Below, piece by piece: positions 1 to 9,805 of a stretch of DNA of 64,000 nucleotides. Position 1 is the stretch's first letter, and every line of letters starts with the position of its first letter. The DNA is from a virus (lineage: Duplodnaviria > Caudoviricetes). Both the position numbers and the translations under genes were made by a program. The notes under the pieces are model-generated. The model saw only the letters and a program-made list of their open reading frames with translations, searched no databases and was not told where the DNA came from. The stretch lies in IMG/VR virus record IMGVR_UViG_3300049988_000375, positions 17,354 through 81,353 of that record; one strand, 5' to 3'.

Positions 1-429
1 CTGGCGCACCTCTTTGGTTGTAGTATCTTGCCAGAGAATAACAAGCCGGGCATCATTGCCCACTTTGAGGATAGGGGCTATGGTGATTTCGTGTCGGGTA
101 AAATCGACATTATCGCCAGCAAAGACCAGAAGAACAAAAAGAAAGGCAAGGAAACGCCCGGCCACGCCGCCTCGGTGGATGCGACCAACCAGTGGAGCGA
201 GCGCCTGGCCGAGTTCACCCACGGCCCGCTAGGCGACGACCCGCGCCGGATGCCCTTCGCCCACCAGATTAAAGATGTTGCCCAGCTTGACATTCTCGAC
301 ACCAAGAAATACGACGCAGCCGTGGCCTCGGGCTGGACGCTGCTACTAGCCCGCCGCTTCGTAAAGCCCAAGGCCAAATCCGTGCCCGCCAACCTCACCG
401 ACATTCGCAGCTTCTTTAACGTACTGTAA
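1..429 (+). CDS. terL: Terminase large subunit, C-terminal nuclease part (5' truncated by the window)
   Basis: Frame open from base 1; ENNKPG..HFEDRGY and KYDAAVASG segments; lies upstream of the portal. Confidence 0.7.
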   Translation: MAHLFGCSILPENNKPGIIAHFEDRGYGDFVSGKIDIIASKDQKNKKKGKETPGHAASVDATNQWSERLAEFTHGPLGDDPRRMPFAHQIKDVAQLDILDTKKYDAAVASGWTLLLARRFVKPKAKSVPANLTDIRSFFNVL

Positions 430-809
430 TGCTTTTGCTTATCGCGCTATTCGCCTGTCACTACCTAGGGGACTATACACAATTATCGCGCCCCTATATG
501 CTAACGGCAAAGCGTTTTGGCGCACCATTATACCCCATATTTGACCATGCAGGCGTTCACGCGCTGCTCATGTTTGGGGCAATGCTAGTCTACGGTGTTG
601 CTGTCAATGTCGCGTGCTGCTTGGCACTGGTGCAGTTATTCAGCCACTTCCTAATTGATTTCTTTAAGGGCCGCCTGAATGTGTGGTACCCTAGCCTGAC
701 GGACGCGGCCCCGCCCGCCCATTGGTACGTCTTTGGCGCCGACCAACTAGCGCATTGCCTTGTGATTTTACTGATGTGGTATGCCGTCATGCACGGCAAG
801 TCCATATAA
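429..809 (+). CDS. DUF3307-like membrane protein
   Basis: HYLGDY...H..VH...SHFLID...DQLAH pattern with hydrophobic helices. Confidence 0.7.
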   Translation: MLLLIALFACHYLGDYTQLSRPYMLTAKRFGAPLYPIFDHAGVHALLMFGAMLVYGVAVNVACCLALVQLFSHFLIDFFKGRLNVWYPSLTDAAPPAHWYVFGADQLAHCLVILLMWYAVMHGKSI

Positions 810-864
810 TTCTACCTACTCTACCTACCCCAACCAGTGCAGGACGTTCACCTGAACCCCTGCC

Positions 865-3306
865 ATGTTTCTCGACCTAACCGCCGTACTTCCCCCGGTC
901 GCCGCCTATCCCGACCTAACACTTCTCGACCCTCGGAAGAAGAATAAGAGCTTCATTCTTCAGTACGGCCGGGCCTTTATTTCCCAATACCGCAACAGCG
1001 GCAGCCGTGACTTCTGGAACGGCCGTGCCAGCGGGCGCTACCTCAAAGCCGAGCAGTACGCCAACGGCGAGCAGCGCGTGAAAGCCATTCTCAAAGAGGA
1101 GGAAGGCCACGCTGACCTCGCGGGCGACAAAATCGACCTGCGTAAGCCGCTTAAAATCCTCAAAAAGAGCCTGCGGGCGGTGGATGGCAAACTCAAAGAC
1201 CACGACTTTGTAGCGACCTGCACGCCCATCGACGCCACGGCCCAGGACGAGAAGGCCGACTACCGCGCCCGCCTGCGGGTGTGGATGGAGCACGGCGAAT
1301 TCCTCAAGAGCCTCGGCCTGCAACCCTCGGGTGGGGCCGGGGGCGACATTCAGGGCGCCGATATTCCCGTGGATGAGGACGAGCTAGACTTGCACATGGA
1401 CGTGAAGTATCGCCACCGCGACGCGATGCTACTGGAAATGAAGCTGGCCCTAGCCCTTTACCTGAGCGACTACAGCCAGATAAACCGCAACTGCCTGCGC
1501 GACGAAACCACCTACGGCAGTAGCGTTGTCCACCTGGCCTTGCGCGGAGTGCGCCGCCTGCCCATGCACCTGCACCCCGGCGACTGCTTCTTCCTGCCCT
1601 CGCGCTCGGAGAACTACCAGCACTTGCAAGCAGGCGCCCACATCGAGCGCCTGACGCTCGCCCAGGTGCTACAGGAAATCGACGCCGACCCCGATACCAC
1701 GCTTACGCCCGACCAGCGCGAGCAACTAGTGAGCATCGCCCGCCAGAACATGGCCGCTGGCTGGAACGGGCAGGCGCCTTACTACGACACGACGCTTGGC
1801 GGGCAGCCGGAAATGGCCGGGCAACTGGAAGTGATTCGCTTTAGCTTCAAATCCACTGACGAGGTGGTGCGCACGGAAGGGCTCAATAAGTTCGGCAACA
1901 AGCAGGTGCGCGAGAAGCCCGCCGGCTACACCACCGACCGCAAGGACGTGAAGGTGCATCGCCGCACGGTGACGAGCTGGTACGAGGGCACGCTGATTCT
2001 CAAAACGGAGATGGGCTACGGCTGCCGCAAAGCCTACGAGCAGCTACGCGACGAGGACAATCCCTTCGACTGCCACCCGCTCTACGTGGTGAACTCGCCC
2101 GACATGCTCGGGGGCTTCACCGAAAGCATCGTGGAGCAGTGCTACACGCTGGTAGATACCGCCTGCGAGGCGTTCAGCCGGTTGCGCTTCAAGCTCTCCA
2201 CCATGATGGGTAGCTGGATTGAGTTCGACCTGGATGCCCTTGAAAGCGGGTTGCTAAAAGGCTCCGATGGCAAGGATGGCAGCGTTCACGACACTATCAA
2301 GCAGTTCTTCCGCAATGGCTACGTGGTGGGCCGGAAAGGCGAGGGGGCCGATGGGCGCACGGGTAAGATTGTGGACTCAGGCGAACTGCCGTTCAGCAAG
2401 GAAATTGAAACCTACTGGAACACAATCGCTCAGGCCGTGCAGCAGATTGAGGGCATTACGGGCATCAACGGCAGTATTTCGGCCGACGACCCCGCCAGCC
2501 GCCAATCGGTGGGCACCACCCAGCTAGCCATTCAGGGTGCCGAAAACACGCTGCAATACCTCTACCACGCCAAGCAAAGCCGATTCGAGCGCGTGTGCCG
2601 CGCCGTGGCCGTGAGCATCAAGCAGGCCGAGGCTCGACAGCCGCTCGTTGGCCCCGTGCCGCCCGGCTATGCCAGCACGGGCCTCGACGTGGTGGGCGCC
2701 AGCGACACGCTCGCTAGCCGCGTGTTCACCGTCAAGGTGGAGCAGAAGCCCACCGATACGCAGTGGGCCGACTTCTACGAAACGGCCAAGGTCGCCCTCA
2801 CGCAGAAGGAAATCACCCTGGCCGACTACAATTTTCTTCGCCAAATAGACAACCTCAAGCAAGCAGGGGCTATGCTCGGCATTCGGGCCAAGCGCAACCA
2901 GATGCAGGCCGCGCAGTCAGCCCAGCAGCAGACGAGCATGGCTAGCCAGCAGCAGCAGGACAGCACACGGGTTAATGGCGAGGAAGCCCGCGAAACCCTG
3001 AAAGTGGAATACAGCCTACGCATGGAGTTGGAGCGCCTGAAAGGGGAGAACGCACTGGCCCAGGCCGAGGTGCAGAAGCAGGGACACATTGACGCCAACG
3101 AACTCACGCAGTTCATGGCCTTTATGAAGCAGCAGGCGCAATTGCAGAGCCAGGCCGCCCAGGCGAACACCAAGCATGACGTGCAGCTAGCCCAGCACAA
3201 TGCCACCCTCGACAGCCAGGAGGCGCAGGCCGCCGCTGCCCGTCAGCATGAGGCCGAGTTGCAGGCGCAGCAGCTAGCCGCCCAGCCCGCGCCGGCCGCT
3301 GCGTAG
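865..3306 (+). CDS. Portal protein (813 aa, Gln/Ala-rich coiled-coil C-terminus)
   Basis: Size, position after terL and before scaffold/MCP, long helical C-terminal tail. Confidence 0.75.
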   Translation: MFLDLTAVLPPVAAYPDLTLLDPRKKNKSFILQYGRAFISQYRNSGSRDFWNGRASGRYLKAEQYANGEQRVKAILKEEEGHADLAGDKIDLRKPLKILKKSLRAVDGKLKDHDFVATCTPIDATAQDEKADYRARLRVWMEHGEFLKSLGLQPSGGAGGDIQGADIPVDEDELDLHMDVKYRHRDAMLLEMKLALALYLSDYSQINRNCLRDETTYGSSVVHLALRGVRRLPMHLHPGDCFFLPSRSENYQHLQAGAHIERLTLAQVLQEIDADPDTTLTPDQREQLVSIARQNMAAGWNGQAPYYDTTLGGQPEMAGQLEVIRFSFKSTDEVVRTEGLNKFGNKQVREKPAGYTTDRKDVKVHRRTVTSWYEGTLILKTEMGYGCRKAYEQLRDEDNPFDCHPLYVVNSPDMLGGFTESIVEQCYTLVDTACEAFSRLRFKLSTMMGSWIEFDLDALESGLLKGSDGKDGSVHDTIKQFFRNGYVVGRKGEGADGRTGKIVDSGELPFSKEIETYWNTIAQAVQQIEGITGINGSISADDPASRQSVGTTQLAIQGAENTLQYLYHAKQSRFERVCRAVAVSIKQAEARQPLVGPVPPGYASTGLDVVGASDTLASRVFTVKVEQKPTDTQWADFYETAKVALTQKEITLADYNFLRQIDNLKQAGAMLGIRAKRNQMQAAQSAQQQTSMASQQQQDSTRVNGEEARETLKVEYSLRMELERLKGENALAQAEVQKQGHIDANELTQFMAFMKQQAQLQSQAAQANTKHDVQLAQHNATLDSQEAQAAAARQHEAELQAQQLAAQPAPAAA

Positions 3307-3311
3307 CGCCG

Positions 3312-3385
3312 CTGCGATTGTCTGAAATAAAGTTGGCGAAATACTGCAATTGTCTTGTTATAATCGGACAATTGCAGTAGTTTTG
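3312..3385 (+). promoter_or_regulatory. Three-site promoter cassette, copy 1
   Basis: CTGCGATT at 3312, CTGCAATT at 3344, inverted AATTGCAG at 3370, then TAGTTTTG (-7-like). Confidence 0.8.
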
Positions 3386-3389
3386 CTTT

Positions 3390-3728
3390 GTGACAAGAGC
3401 CGCCCTGCAAGCCCTAGCCGAAGCCCTGCCCGCCGATGTGCTGATAGCCGCGAGCAACATCCATCGCCACCTGCCCGGCGTTCAGGACGTGCCCGCTGCC
3501 GTAGCCTACTGCGTTGCGCAAGGCTGGCTATGCGAACGGCGACAGTGGAATATCCATGAGATTTGGCGCGACAGCCGCCCGCACCAGCAGGCCACCATCC
3601 ACAGCAAGCCCCGCACTCCTTCAGCGCTACCCATCCCGCAGATGCACACGGCCGACACGCCCAACAAGCCTACCCCGAAACCCAAAAAGCCGACCACCGC
3701 CCGGCCAACTGGCGGCTTATTTACCTAA
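3390..3728 (+). CDS. Hypothetical protein
   Basis: 112-aa ORF starting just after cassette 1. Confidence 0.5.
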   Translation: MTRAALQALAEALPADVLIAASNIHRHLPGVQDVPAAVAYCVAQGWLCERRQWNIHEIWRDSRPHQQATIHSKPRTPSALPIPQMHTADTPNKPTPKPKKPTTARPTGGLFT

Positions 3729-3743
3729 TCCCCAACCAAATAA

Positions 3744-4256
3744 ATGGGACTCGATATTACCGCATACAGCGAGCTGTCTTACGCTCAACCGCAACCCAAC
3801 GAGGACGATGCGGGCGACTTCGTTAATCTATACTCAACACATTACCAGCGACTGCTATCGCAGCAGGAGGGTTACTATACGCGTAATGGAGAGCGGGTTA
3901 ATATTGCCTGTGGTAGCTATGGTCGCTATAGCCATTGGAGAGAGAGCCTCGCCCGCCTCGCCGGCTGGCCACTTGGCGAATACGAGCAATATGGTGCTAT
4001 GCACCCATCTCATTGCGCCTCGGCATGGAAGGCTCAATCTGGCCCATTTTGGGAGTTGATAAACTTTAGCGACTGCGATGGTAGCATTGGATTTGAGGTT
4101 AGCTCAAAACTTGCACAAGATTTTCAGCAGTATCGGCCAAGCATGGCACAGCGGGCTACCCTTATGCAAGATGAGGGCTATTTTATGAAGAAATACGATG
4201 AGTGGGCAGCGGCCTTTGCCTTAGCCGCCCAAAATGGTGCCGTTAAGTTTCACTAA
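3744..4256 (+). CDS. Phage hypothetical protein (MGLDI...GSY...FSDCDG type)
   Basis: 170-aa ORF, lower GC than neighbours, followed by a terminator. Confidence 0.7.
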   Translation: MGLDITAYSELSYAQPQPNEDDAGDFVNLYSTHYQRLLSQQEGYYTRNGERVNIACGSYGRYSHWRESLARLAGWPLGEYEQYGAMHPSHCASAWKAQSGPFWELINFSDCDGSIGFEVSSKLAQDFQQYRPSMAQRATLMQDEGYFMKKYDEWAAAFALAAQNGAVKFH

Positions 4257-4275
4257 AAGACCAGCACGCACTCGC

Positions 4276-4304
4276 AAGCCCCTGCCTAACGGTGGGGGCT
4301 TTTT
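4276..4304. terminator. Intrinsic terminator between convergent genes
   Basis: AAGCCCC/GGGGCTT stem followed by a T run. Confidence 0.75.
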
Positions 4305-4308
4305 GCAT

Positions 4309-4482
4309 TTAGCCCAGCAGCCCGTCAGCCTCCAAGCGCCCGCGCAGCACGGCCTTAATAATGGAGGCGGGCTTGTCGAGGCCCAGCTTCTTGCCGAGCT
4401 TCATCATGGCGGCGTATTCGGCGCTGTTCAGGCTTACGTCGGAACGCAGGCGGGCGGCGCGGGCGGTAGTGGGTTGCAGCAT
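4309..4482 (-). CDS. Small ribbon-helix-helix-like DNA-binding protein (57 aa; not in the ORF track)
   Basis: Hand translation MLQPTTARAARLRSDVSLNSAEYAAMMKLGKKLGLDKPASIIKAVLRGRLEADGLLG: beta-strand then two helices. Confidence 0.55.
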   Translation of the reverse strand: MLQPTTARAARLRSDVSLNSAEYAAMMKLGKKLGLDKPASIIKAVLRGRLEADGLLG

Positions 4483-4580
4483 TAGAGGCTAGTGGCGGGT
4501 TGTTGGCGGGGTATCGCCGGTAAACAAGTTACGGTGGATTTGCTAAATGAAACCTTGCAATACCAACCTGCAAAGATTTC

Positions 4581-5732
4581 ATGTCGGATACCCCCGAAGT
4601 AATTCCCCAAGCGCCCGAGCCGGCCGCGTTCCCCACCGGGGAGGCGCTACTTGCCGCGTTTGACAGCGCCAAGCCTTACCAGCCTACCCCCGCGCCTGAG
4701 CCGTTCGCCGCGCCGGTAGCGGCTACCCCGGCCGCCCCCGCAGACCCCACCCCTGCGGCTACCCCGGCCGCCGCGCCGGTTGTAGCGCCCGAGCCCACTC
4801 CGGCGCCGGCTGCACCCGACTACGCGGCCTACCTGAAAGAAACCTTTGGGGTAGATGCCCCCGAGGCGCTAAAGGAGAAGCTGACCCTGGCCGAGCAGGC
4901 CGAAGCCCTCAAGGCCAACCAGCGCACGGCGCAGGACGTGGCCTTTGAGAAGCTACTGGCTGACCCCAACGCCGCCACGGCTTTCGTGCGGCTGCAAACT
5001 ACTGACTTCAAGACCCTGCCCGCCCGCGAGTTGCTGGCTGCTGAGTACGCCCACAAACACCCCGAACTGCCCGCCGAATTGGCGCGCTTGGAGGCCGATT
5101 TGGAGTACAACGCCAAGTATGCTGCTGCGGAGTTTGAGGATGCCGAAGACCCCGAGACCAAGACCGCAAAGCTGCGCCTGGACTACGCGACGAAATCGGC
5201 CCTCGCCACAATGGACAAGGCCAAAGAAGATGCCAGGCAAAGCGTGCTGGCTGCTGCCAAACCCGCCGAGGCCGAGGGGCCGACGCCGGAGCAAGTAGCA
5301 GCCGAAGAAGCCCGCGTAGCTGCCTGGCAAAGTGGAGTGGAGGCGATTACCGCCGCCCCCGCCGTGGATTTGGCCTACACGGTGGACGGGCAGCAAATCA
5401 AACTCAGCTTCGACAACAAAGCGCCTGGCTTTCAGGAAGCCCTCACCGACCCCTACGGGTGGCTCTATAAGCAAATCTGCCCCACTGGCGATAACTCTAA
5501 GCCCAATATCAGCCGATTGGCTGAAATCGTGGCTCTGGCTACCCAAACGGACACCGCGCTTAAAAACACGCTGGCCGTAGGCAAATCCTCGGTGGGTGCG
5601 GTGCTGCCGCTCACAGAGGCCGTGAACCCGGTTCCTGGCGCGCCGCAAGCCCCGCTCGCCGGGGGCAAAACTATCGAGCAAGCCATCCTGGAAGCGTCTC
5701 AAGCCAGCCGCTCGCGTGGCGCCCAATACTAA
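4581..5732 (+). CDS. Capsid scaffolding-like protein
   Basis: Pro/Ala-rich N-terminus, acidic and helical, immediately upstream of the MCP. Confidence 0.65.
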   Translation: MSDTPEVIPQAPEPAAFPTGEALLAAFDSAKPYQPTPAPEPFAAPVAATPAAPADPTPAATPAAAPVVAPEPTPAPAAPDYAAYLKETFGVDAPEALKEKLTLAEQAEALKANQRTAQDVAFEKLLADPNAATAFVRLQTTDFKTLPARELLAAEYAHKHPELPAELARLEADLEYNAKYAAAEFEDAEDPETKTAKLRLDYATKSALATMDKAKEDARQSVLAAAKPAEAEGPTPEQVAAEEARVAAWQSGVEAITAAPAVDLAYTVDGQQIKLSFDNKAPGFQEALTDPYGWLYKQICPTGDNSKPNISRLAEIVALATQTDTALKNTLAVGKSSVGAVLPLTEAVNPVPGAPQAPLAGGKTIEQAILEASQASRSRGAQY

Positions 5733-5760
5733 CCTCTCGCCCAAACACCTCTCTCCCTAA

Positions 5761-7224
5761 ATGGCTTTTACTACCAATGCGGCGCTAAACCAAAGCACCG
5801 CTATTTCTATCCCGCAGGCGGACACCGCCTACCTGGATATTGACTTCTTCATCAAGCGCCCCGACCTGCTGGGTAAGGTGTTTGACTCGTGGGACAATAA
5901 GGGCTTCGTGGATATGCTGGCACTGACCGGCCGCGAAGAACTGATTACCAGCGAGACGTTCTCGAACTACGAAAGTGGCTTGCTGCCGCGCTCGGTGTCG
6001 TTCGCTACCGTTACCTCGGCTACGGCTGGTGGGGCTGTAGTAACGCTCACGGGCGACAGCATGACGACCGTAAACAGCGCCACCGGCCCTGTGTCCCGCT
6101 CGCCGCTCAAGGAGAACGACATTATCAAGTTGCCCGGCCGCCAGGAAGCGTTCGTGCAAATCAAGTCGAGCGTGAACGGTGGGGCCTCAGGTGCTGCCAC
6201 GACCTACACGCTGGTTAAGAGCGATAACAGCTCGGACGCCGCCTTTGACCTCGGCGCCTACCTCACGTCGGTTGCCGGCTCGGGCCAGCGCTTCGCCATC
6301 ACCTCGGCTGCCTTCTCGGAGGGCTCGTACGAAGCCCTGGAAGGCGTAGAAACCCCGATGGTGCGCTACACCGGCCAGCTCCAAATCTGCAAGACTCACT
6401 CGGAGATTACGGGCTCGGCCGCTGGCGACCGCTTCGAGATTCCGCTGGCGAACAGCAACGGCTCGAACTACTGGTACAGCAAGCAGCGCATCGAGCAGGG
6501 CCTGAACCACCGCATGAACGAGGGCCTGCAAATGCTCACCGGCAAAGGCGGCAACTTCATCGACAAGAACGGCAAAAAGGTCAAGACTTCGATGGGTCTG
6601 GAAGGCTTCGTGCGCAGCTACGGCAACGTGTACGACTACGCCAGCACCGGCTTTACGGCCGCCGACCTCGACGCGCTGACCGCCCGCATCAAGACCATCA
6701 TGGGCGGGACGGAGTACCAGTGGATTATGGGCTCGGACCTCTACCGCCAGGTGGCTTCGGTTATCCGCACCCTGCCCGGCCTGCAAGGCGGTGCCATTCG
6801 CTACGACATGTTCGGCAAGTCGGACGCCTCGGCCAAAGCCCTCGACCTCGGCTTTAACTCCATCATCTGGAACGGCATCACCCTCCACTTGCAGGAGAGC
6901 CCCGTGTACAACCACCCCGAGCTGCTTGGCCTGGCTGGCTACAACTACACCAAGCAAGGCTTCCTGATTCCTGGCGCCAAAACCCGCATCACGGGTTCGG
7001 ACAACGGGGTGAGCACGCCGCTGATGGGCAACATGGGCGCCGACGCCGACTCGCTGCGGATTCGCTATAAGCAGGACATTAACGGCCGCTCGCGCCGCTA
7101 CTTCTCCTACGACCGCGACATTACCACGACCGGCTTCGACACGACCAAGCACGAAATCATCTCGCATTGCGGCCTGCAAATGGTTGGCCTACGCCGCTTC
7201 ATCCTGGTTCAAATGGGCGCCTAG
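5761..7224 (+). CDS. Major capsid protein (487 aa)
   Basis: Size, strong codon bias, follows the scaffold gene, followed by a terminator; KTSMGLEGFVRSYGN segment in a typical MCP position. Confidence 0.8.
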   Translation: MAFTTNAALNQSTAISIPQADTAYLDIDFFIKRPDLLGKVFDSWDNKGFVDMLALTGREELITSETFSNYESGLLPRSVSFATVTSATAGGAVVTLTGDSMTTVNSATGPVSRSPLKENDIIKLPGRQEAFVQIKSSVNGGASGAATTYTLVKSDNSSDAAFDLGAYLTSVAGSGQRFAITSAAFSEGSYEALEGVETPMVRYTGQLQICKTHSEITGSAAGDRFEIPLANSNGSNYWYSKQRIEQGLNHRMNEGLQMLTGKGGNFIDKNGKKVKTSMGLEGFVRSYGNVYDYASTGFTAADLDALTARIKTIMGGTEYQWIMGSDLYRQVASVIRTLPGLQGGAIRYDMFGKSDASAKALDLGFNSIIWNGITLHLQESPVYNHPELLGLAGYNYTKQGFLIPGAKTRITGSDNGVSTPLMGNMGADADSLRIRYKQDINGRSRRYFSYDRDITTTGFDTTKHEIISHCGLQMVGLRRFILVQMGA

Positions 7225-7287
7225 TGCGCTAACTATATAGTACCTGCACTTGGTTGGAACCCCGGCGGAGTAGTGCCCGCCTCAAGG

Positions 7288-7318
7288 AAAGCCCCGCTGA
7301 TTTTCGGCGGGGCTTTTT
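7288..7318 (+). terminator. Intrinsic terminator after the MCP gene
   Basis: AAAGCCCCGCTG/CGGCGGGGCTTT stem plus T run. Confidence 0.85.
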
Positions 7319-7323
7319 GCGTG

Positions 7324-7397
7324 CTGCGATTGTCTGAAATTTAGTTACCCATTCCCTGCGAAACGCAGGGAATTATCGGGAATTTGCAGTAACTTGC
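7324..7397 (+). promoter_or_regulatory. Three-site promoter cassette, copy 2
   Basis: CTGCGATT 7324, CTGCGAAA 7356, ATTTGCAG 7382, TAACTTGC 7390. Confidence 0.75.
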
Positions 7398-7424
7398 AAA
7401 AAGCAAACCTTTCCCCAACCGCCC

Positions 7425-8318
7425 ATGCAGCAACTTGCCACCGGCCTTACCCCCGCGCTGGAAACCATCTTTGATAAATTCCTGGATGAAAACCCCCAGC
7501 CCTACTTTAGCTTCCGAACGCTCGATGCCAACAAGGCGACGATGCCCGTCGTTGGGCCGGAAGGCAACGTAACGTCCCTACCCGTGAACGCCGCCCGCAT
7601 CCTGCCCGGCCGCACGAAGATTCGCACGGCGGGCGGCAAGCAAGTCTGGCTGCTCTACTCGGTGGAGGAGCAAACCGTGGAGCACCAAGGCGTGACTTCC
7701 GTTGTGGGCAAGCCCGAGCCCATTGCCTTCGAGCCCAAGGATTATTGCATCTTGGCCGTGCGCCGCGACGACCGCGAAAAGCTGGTGCGCCTGCTGTTCA
7801 GCGACGAGTGCCGCAACAGCCTCAACCCTGACAAGCGCCGCCCCGACCAGGGCGAAGTGTACGAATTGATTGAGCCCGCCAAAACCGCCGAGCAACTGGT
7901 GGTGAGCAAGGAGAAGGTGCTGGATGCCCAAATCGCCGTGCGCCAGGCCGCCGACAGCGAATTGAAGCTGGCCTGTGAGCGCCTGAGCCTCGCTGTGACC
8001 GACGACCGCAACCTGAACGCCGCCTCGCTCTACGACGCTGCCAGCGCCGACCCGGCCGCCGTGCTGCGGGTGCTGAGCGACGAGTGGGACAAGACCACGG
8101 CCCTGGTGCGCGACCTGACCACGTCCTGCGTGATTGAGTTCGACGCTGCCGAGCGCAAGTACCTCACCACCCTCGACCGCAAGGCAATCTTGAATGTGCC
8201 CACGGGCAACTTCGAGCAAGCCCTGATTAAGCACCTCTCCGACACGCAGGGCCAGAACCTCAAGCGCACCCTCGGCCGCCTGCTCGAAGAAGCCAACAAG
8301 AAGAAAGGCAAGAAGTAA
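7425..8318 (+). CDS. Putative auxiliary capsid/virion protein
   Basis: 297 aa directly after the MCP; basic C-terminus; synteny inference. Confidence 0.55.
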   Translation: MQQLATGLTPALETIFDKFLDENPQPYFSFRTLDANKATMPVVGPEGNVTSLPVNAARILPGRTKIRTAGGKQVWLLYSVEEQTVEHQGVTSVVGKPEPIAFEPKDYCILAVRRDDREKLVRLLFSDECRNSLNPDKRRPDQGEVYELIEPAKTAEQLVVSKEKVLDAQIAVRQAADSELKLACERLSLAVTDDRNLNAASLYDAASADPAAVLRVLSDEWDKTTALVRDLTTSCVIEFDAAERKYLTTLDRKAILNVPTGNFEQALIKHLSDTQGQNLKRTLGRLLEEANKKKGKK

Positions 8319-8335
8319 CCCCCAATCCAACCACC

Positions 8336-8653
8336 ATGCAATACACAGCCGAAGGCAAGTTTGCCACCGAAGAAGAAGCCAAAACCGACCTCGACACCTG
8401 CGGCTATGCTGGCAAGTGGGCAAGCGCAAAACGTGGACTTGCAAGCGAGAGGCCCCACCTAAGCGGGCCCGCCTATTGGGATGCCGTGCGCCTCTACTTT
8501 CTTGAACTCGGCGGGTGCTGGCTCTCGCAGCGCACCACGCCCGCGCCGGCTGCACCGCTCACCCCATTGCAGCAGCGTATGGCTGTACAGGCCGCTGCCA
8601 TAGCAGCATCGCGCCAATCCTATACGCCGCCACAAAAAGTACGCTTCGCTTAA
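8336..8653 (+). CDS. Hypothetical protein
   Basis: 105-aa ORF between structural genes. Confidence 0.5.
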   Translation: MQYTAEGKFATEEEAKTDLDTCGYAGKWASAKRGLASERPHLSGPAYWDAVRLYFLELGGCWLSQRTTPAPAAPLTPLQQRMAVQAAAIAASRQSYTPPQKVRFA

Positions 8654-8663
8654 TTAATAGCCC

Positions 8664-9347
8664 TTGCCTAAGTTCGTCTACGACCTCGTTGAAAAAGCCG
8701 CCCTGCAAGCCACGATGCAGGGCGGCTACGTGGCGAAGGAAGAAATCGCTACGATGCTGGGCACCGCCTCGCTAGAGCTATTCAACCACTTCCTCGGCCG
8801 TAGCGACGAGCGCAAGCCCGGCCCGCACCTCGGCCTGAACACGCGCAGTCAGCAAGCCCTCGCGCCCTTTGTGCGGCGCCAGCAGTACAGCGAGAACCCC
8901 ACGGGCGACCAGTTGCCCATGACCACGGGCCAATTCACCCTTCCCGCTGATTGCGCCTACGTGGAGTACTACGACCTGCCGGGGGCGGACACCGTGCGCC
9001 AGGTATCGGGCTTTGCCCTGCGCATCGCCCGCGCCGACGTGGTGAACGGCCCCACCAAGCTCAACCCGCTGGTGACGACCGTGGAGAACGGCGACATTCA
9101 GATTTACCCCGCCGAAACCGACCACGGCACGGTGCAATACATCGCCCTGCCCCCGGCGCCCGTGTATGCCGAAAAGCTGGACGCGGATAACAACCTCGTG
9201 TATGACGACACGGCCAGCGTGGACGTGGGATGGGGCCGGGAACACGAACCCGACCTGCTCGAACGCACCCTGCGCCTGCTGGCGCAAGCCACCCGCGACA
9301 GCCAGCTAGCCGGTACGGCGGGCGCCCTCACCCAAGAAAACTCTTAA
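8664..9347 (+). CDS. Putative tail ring / head-tail connector protein
   Basis: 227 aa; N- and C-terminal helices flank a beta-rich core; position. Confidence 0.6.
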   Translation: MPKFVYDLVEKAALQATMQGGYVAKEEIATMLGTASLELFNHFLGRSDERKPGPHLGLNTRSQQALAPFVRRQQYSENPTGDQLPMTTGQFTLPADCAYVEYYDLPGADTVRQVSGFALRIARADVVNGPTKLNPLVTTVENGDIQIYPAETDHGTVQYIALPPAPVYAEKLDADNNLVYDDTASVDVGWGREHEPDLLERTLRLLAQATRDSQLAGTAGALTQENS

Positions 9348-9359
9348 CCCCAACCAGGT

Positions 9360-9644
9360 ATGCAACTAATTTCAAATATTCCGACTGGAAGTAACATCTT
9401 CCTAGTTCACGAGAATCAGTCCAACCGCATTTTGCTGGCCTACAGCTTACAAGACATTGCGGCTGACATTATGCCCGAAGCAAAGGAGCGGCTCTTGACA
9501 GGCATCACAAACTTGCTCAAGGAGGAGATTCTAATAAAAGCCAACTCGATACGCTCAATAAGCTGCACCCATCAGCAGGTGAGAGAGTCAAATCACCTGC
9601 ACAACGCCGCTCTGGCTGAAACCGACAACACCCGAATCGGCTAG
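9360..9644 (+). CDS. Hypothetical protein
   Basis: 94-aa lower-GC ORF. Confidence 0.5.
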   Translation: MQLISNIPTGSNIFLVHENQSNRILLAYSLQDIAADIMPEAKERLLTGITNLLKEEILIKANSIRSISCTHQQVRESNHLHNAALAETDNTRIG

Positions 9645-9646
9645 CC

Positions 9647-9805
9647 ATGACTGACAACCTAGCTCACGCCATAGAAGTGGCAGTTGAAAATGACGACTTC
9701 GCGGGTGCTAGCGCCCTGCTAGAAGCGGCCAAAAACAAACCGCTGGTATTTGAGGCGAATGAAGTGCTGACCCAAGAAATACTCGACGCACTAAACCGCT
9801 ACTAA
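9647..9805 (+). CDS. Small hypothetical protein (52 aa; not in the track)
   Basis: MTDNLAHAIEVAVENDDFAGASALLEAAKNKPLVFEANEVLTQEILDALNRY; stop overlaps the next ATG (TAATG). Confidence 0.55.
   Translation: MTDNLAHAIEVAVENDDFAGASALLEAAKNKPLVFEANEVLTQEILDALNRY

Noticed and set aside
3344-3377. Cassette inverted repeat as a lox-like (13-8-13) recombination site
   Set aside because: The geometry fits, but the 8-bp spacers differ in all copies and every copy abuts a -7 promoter element; an operator is the simpler reading
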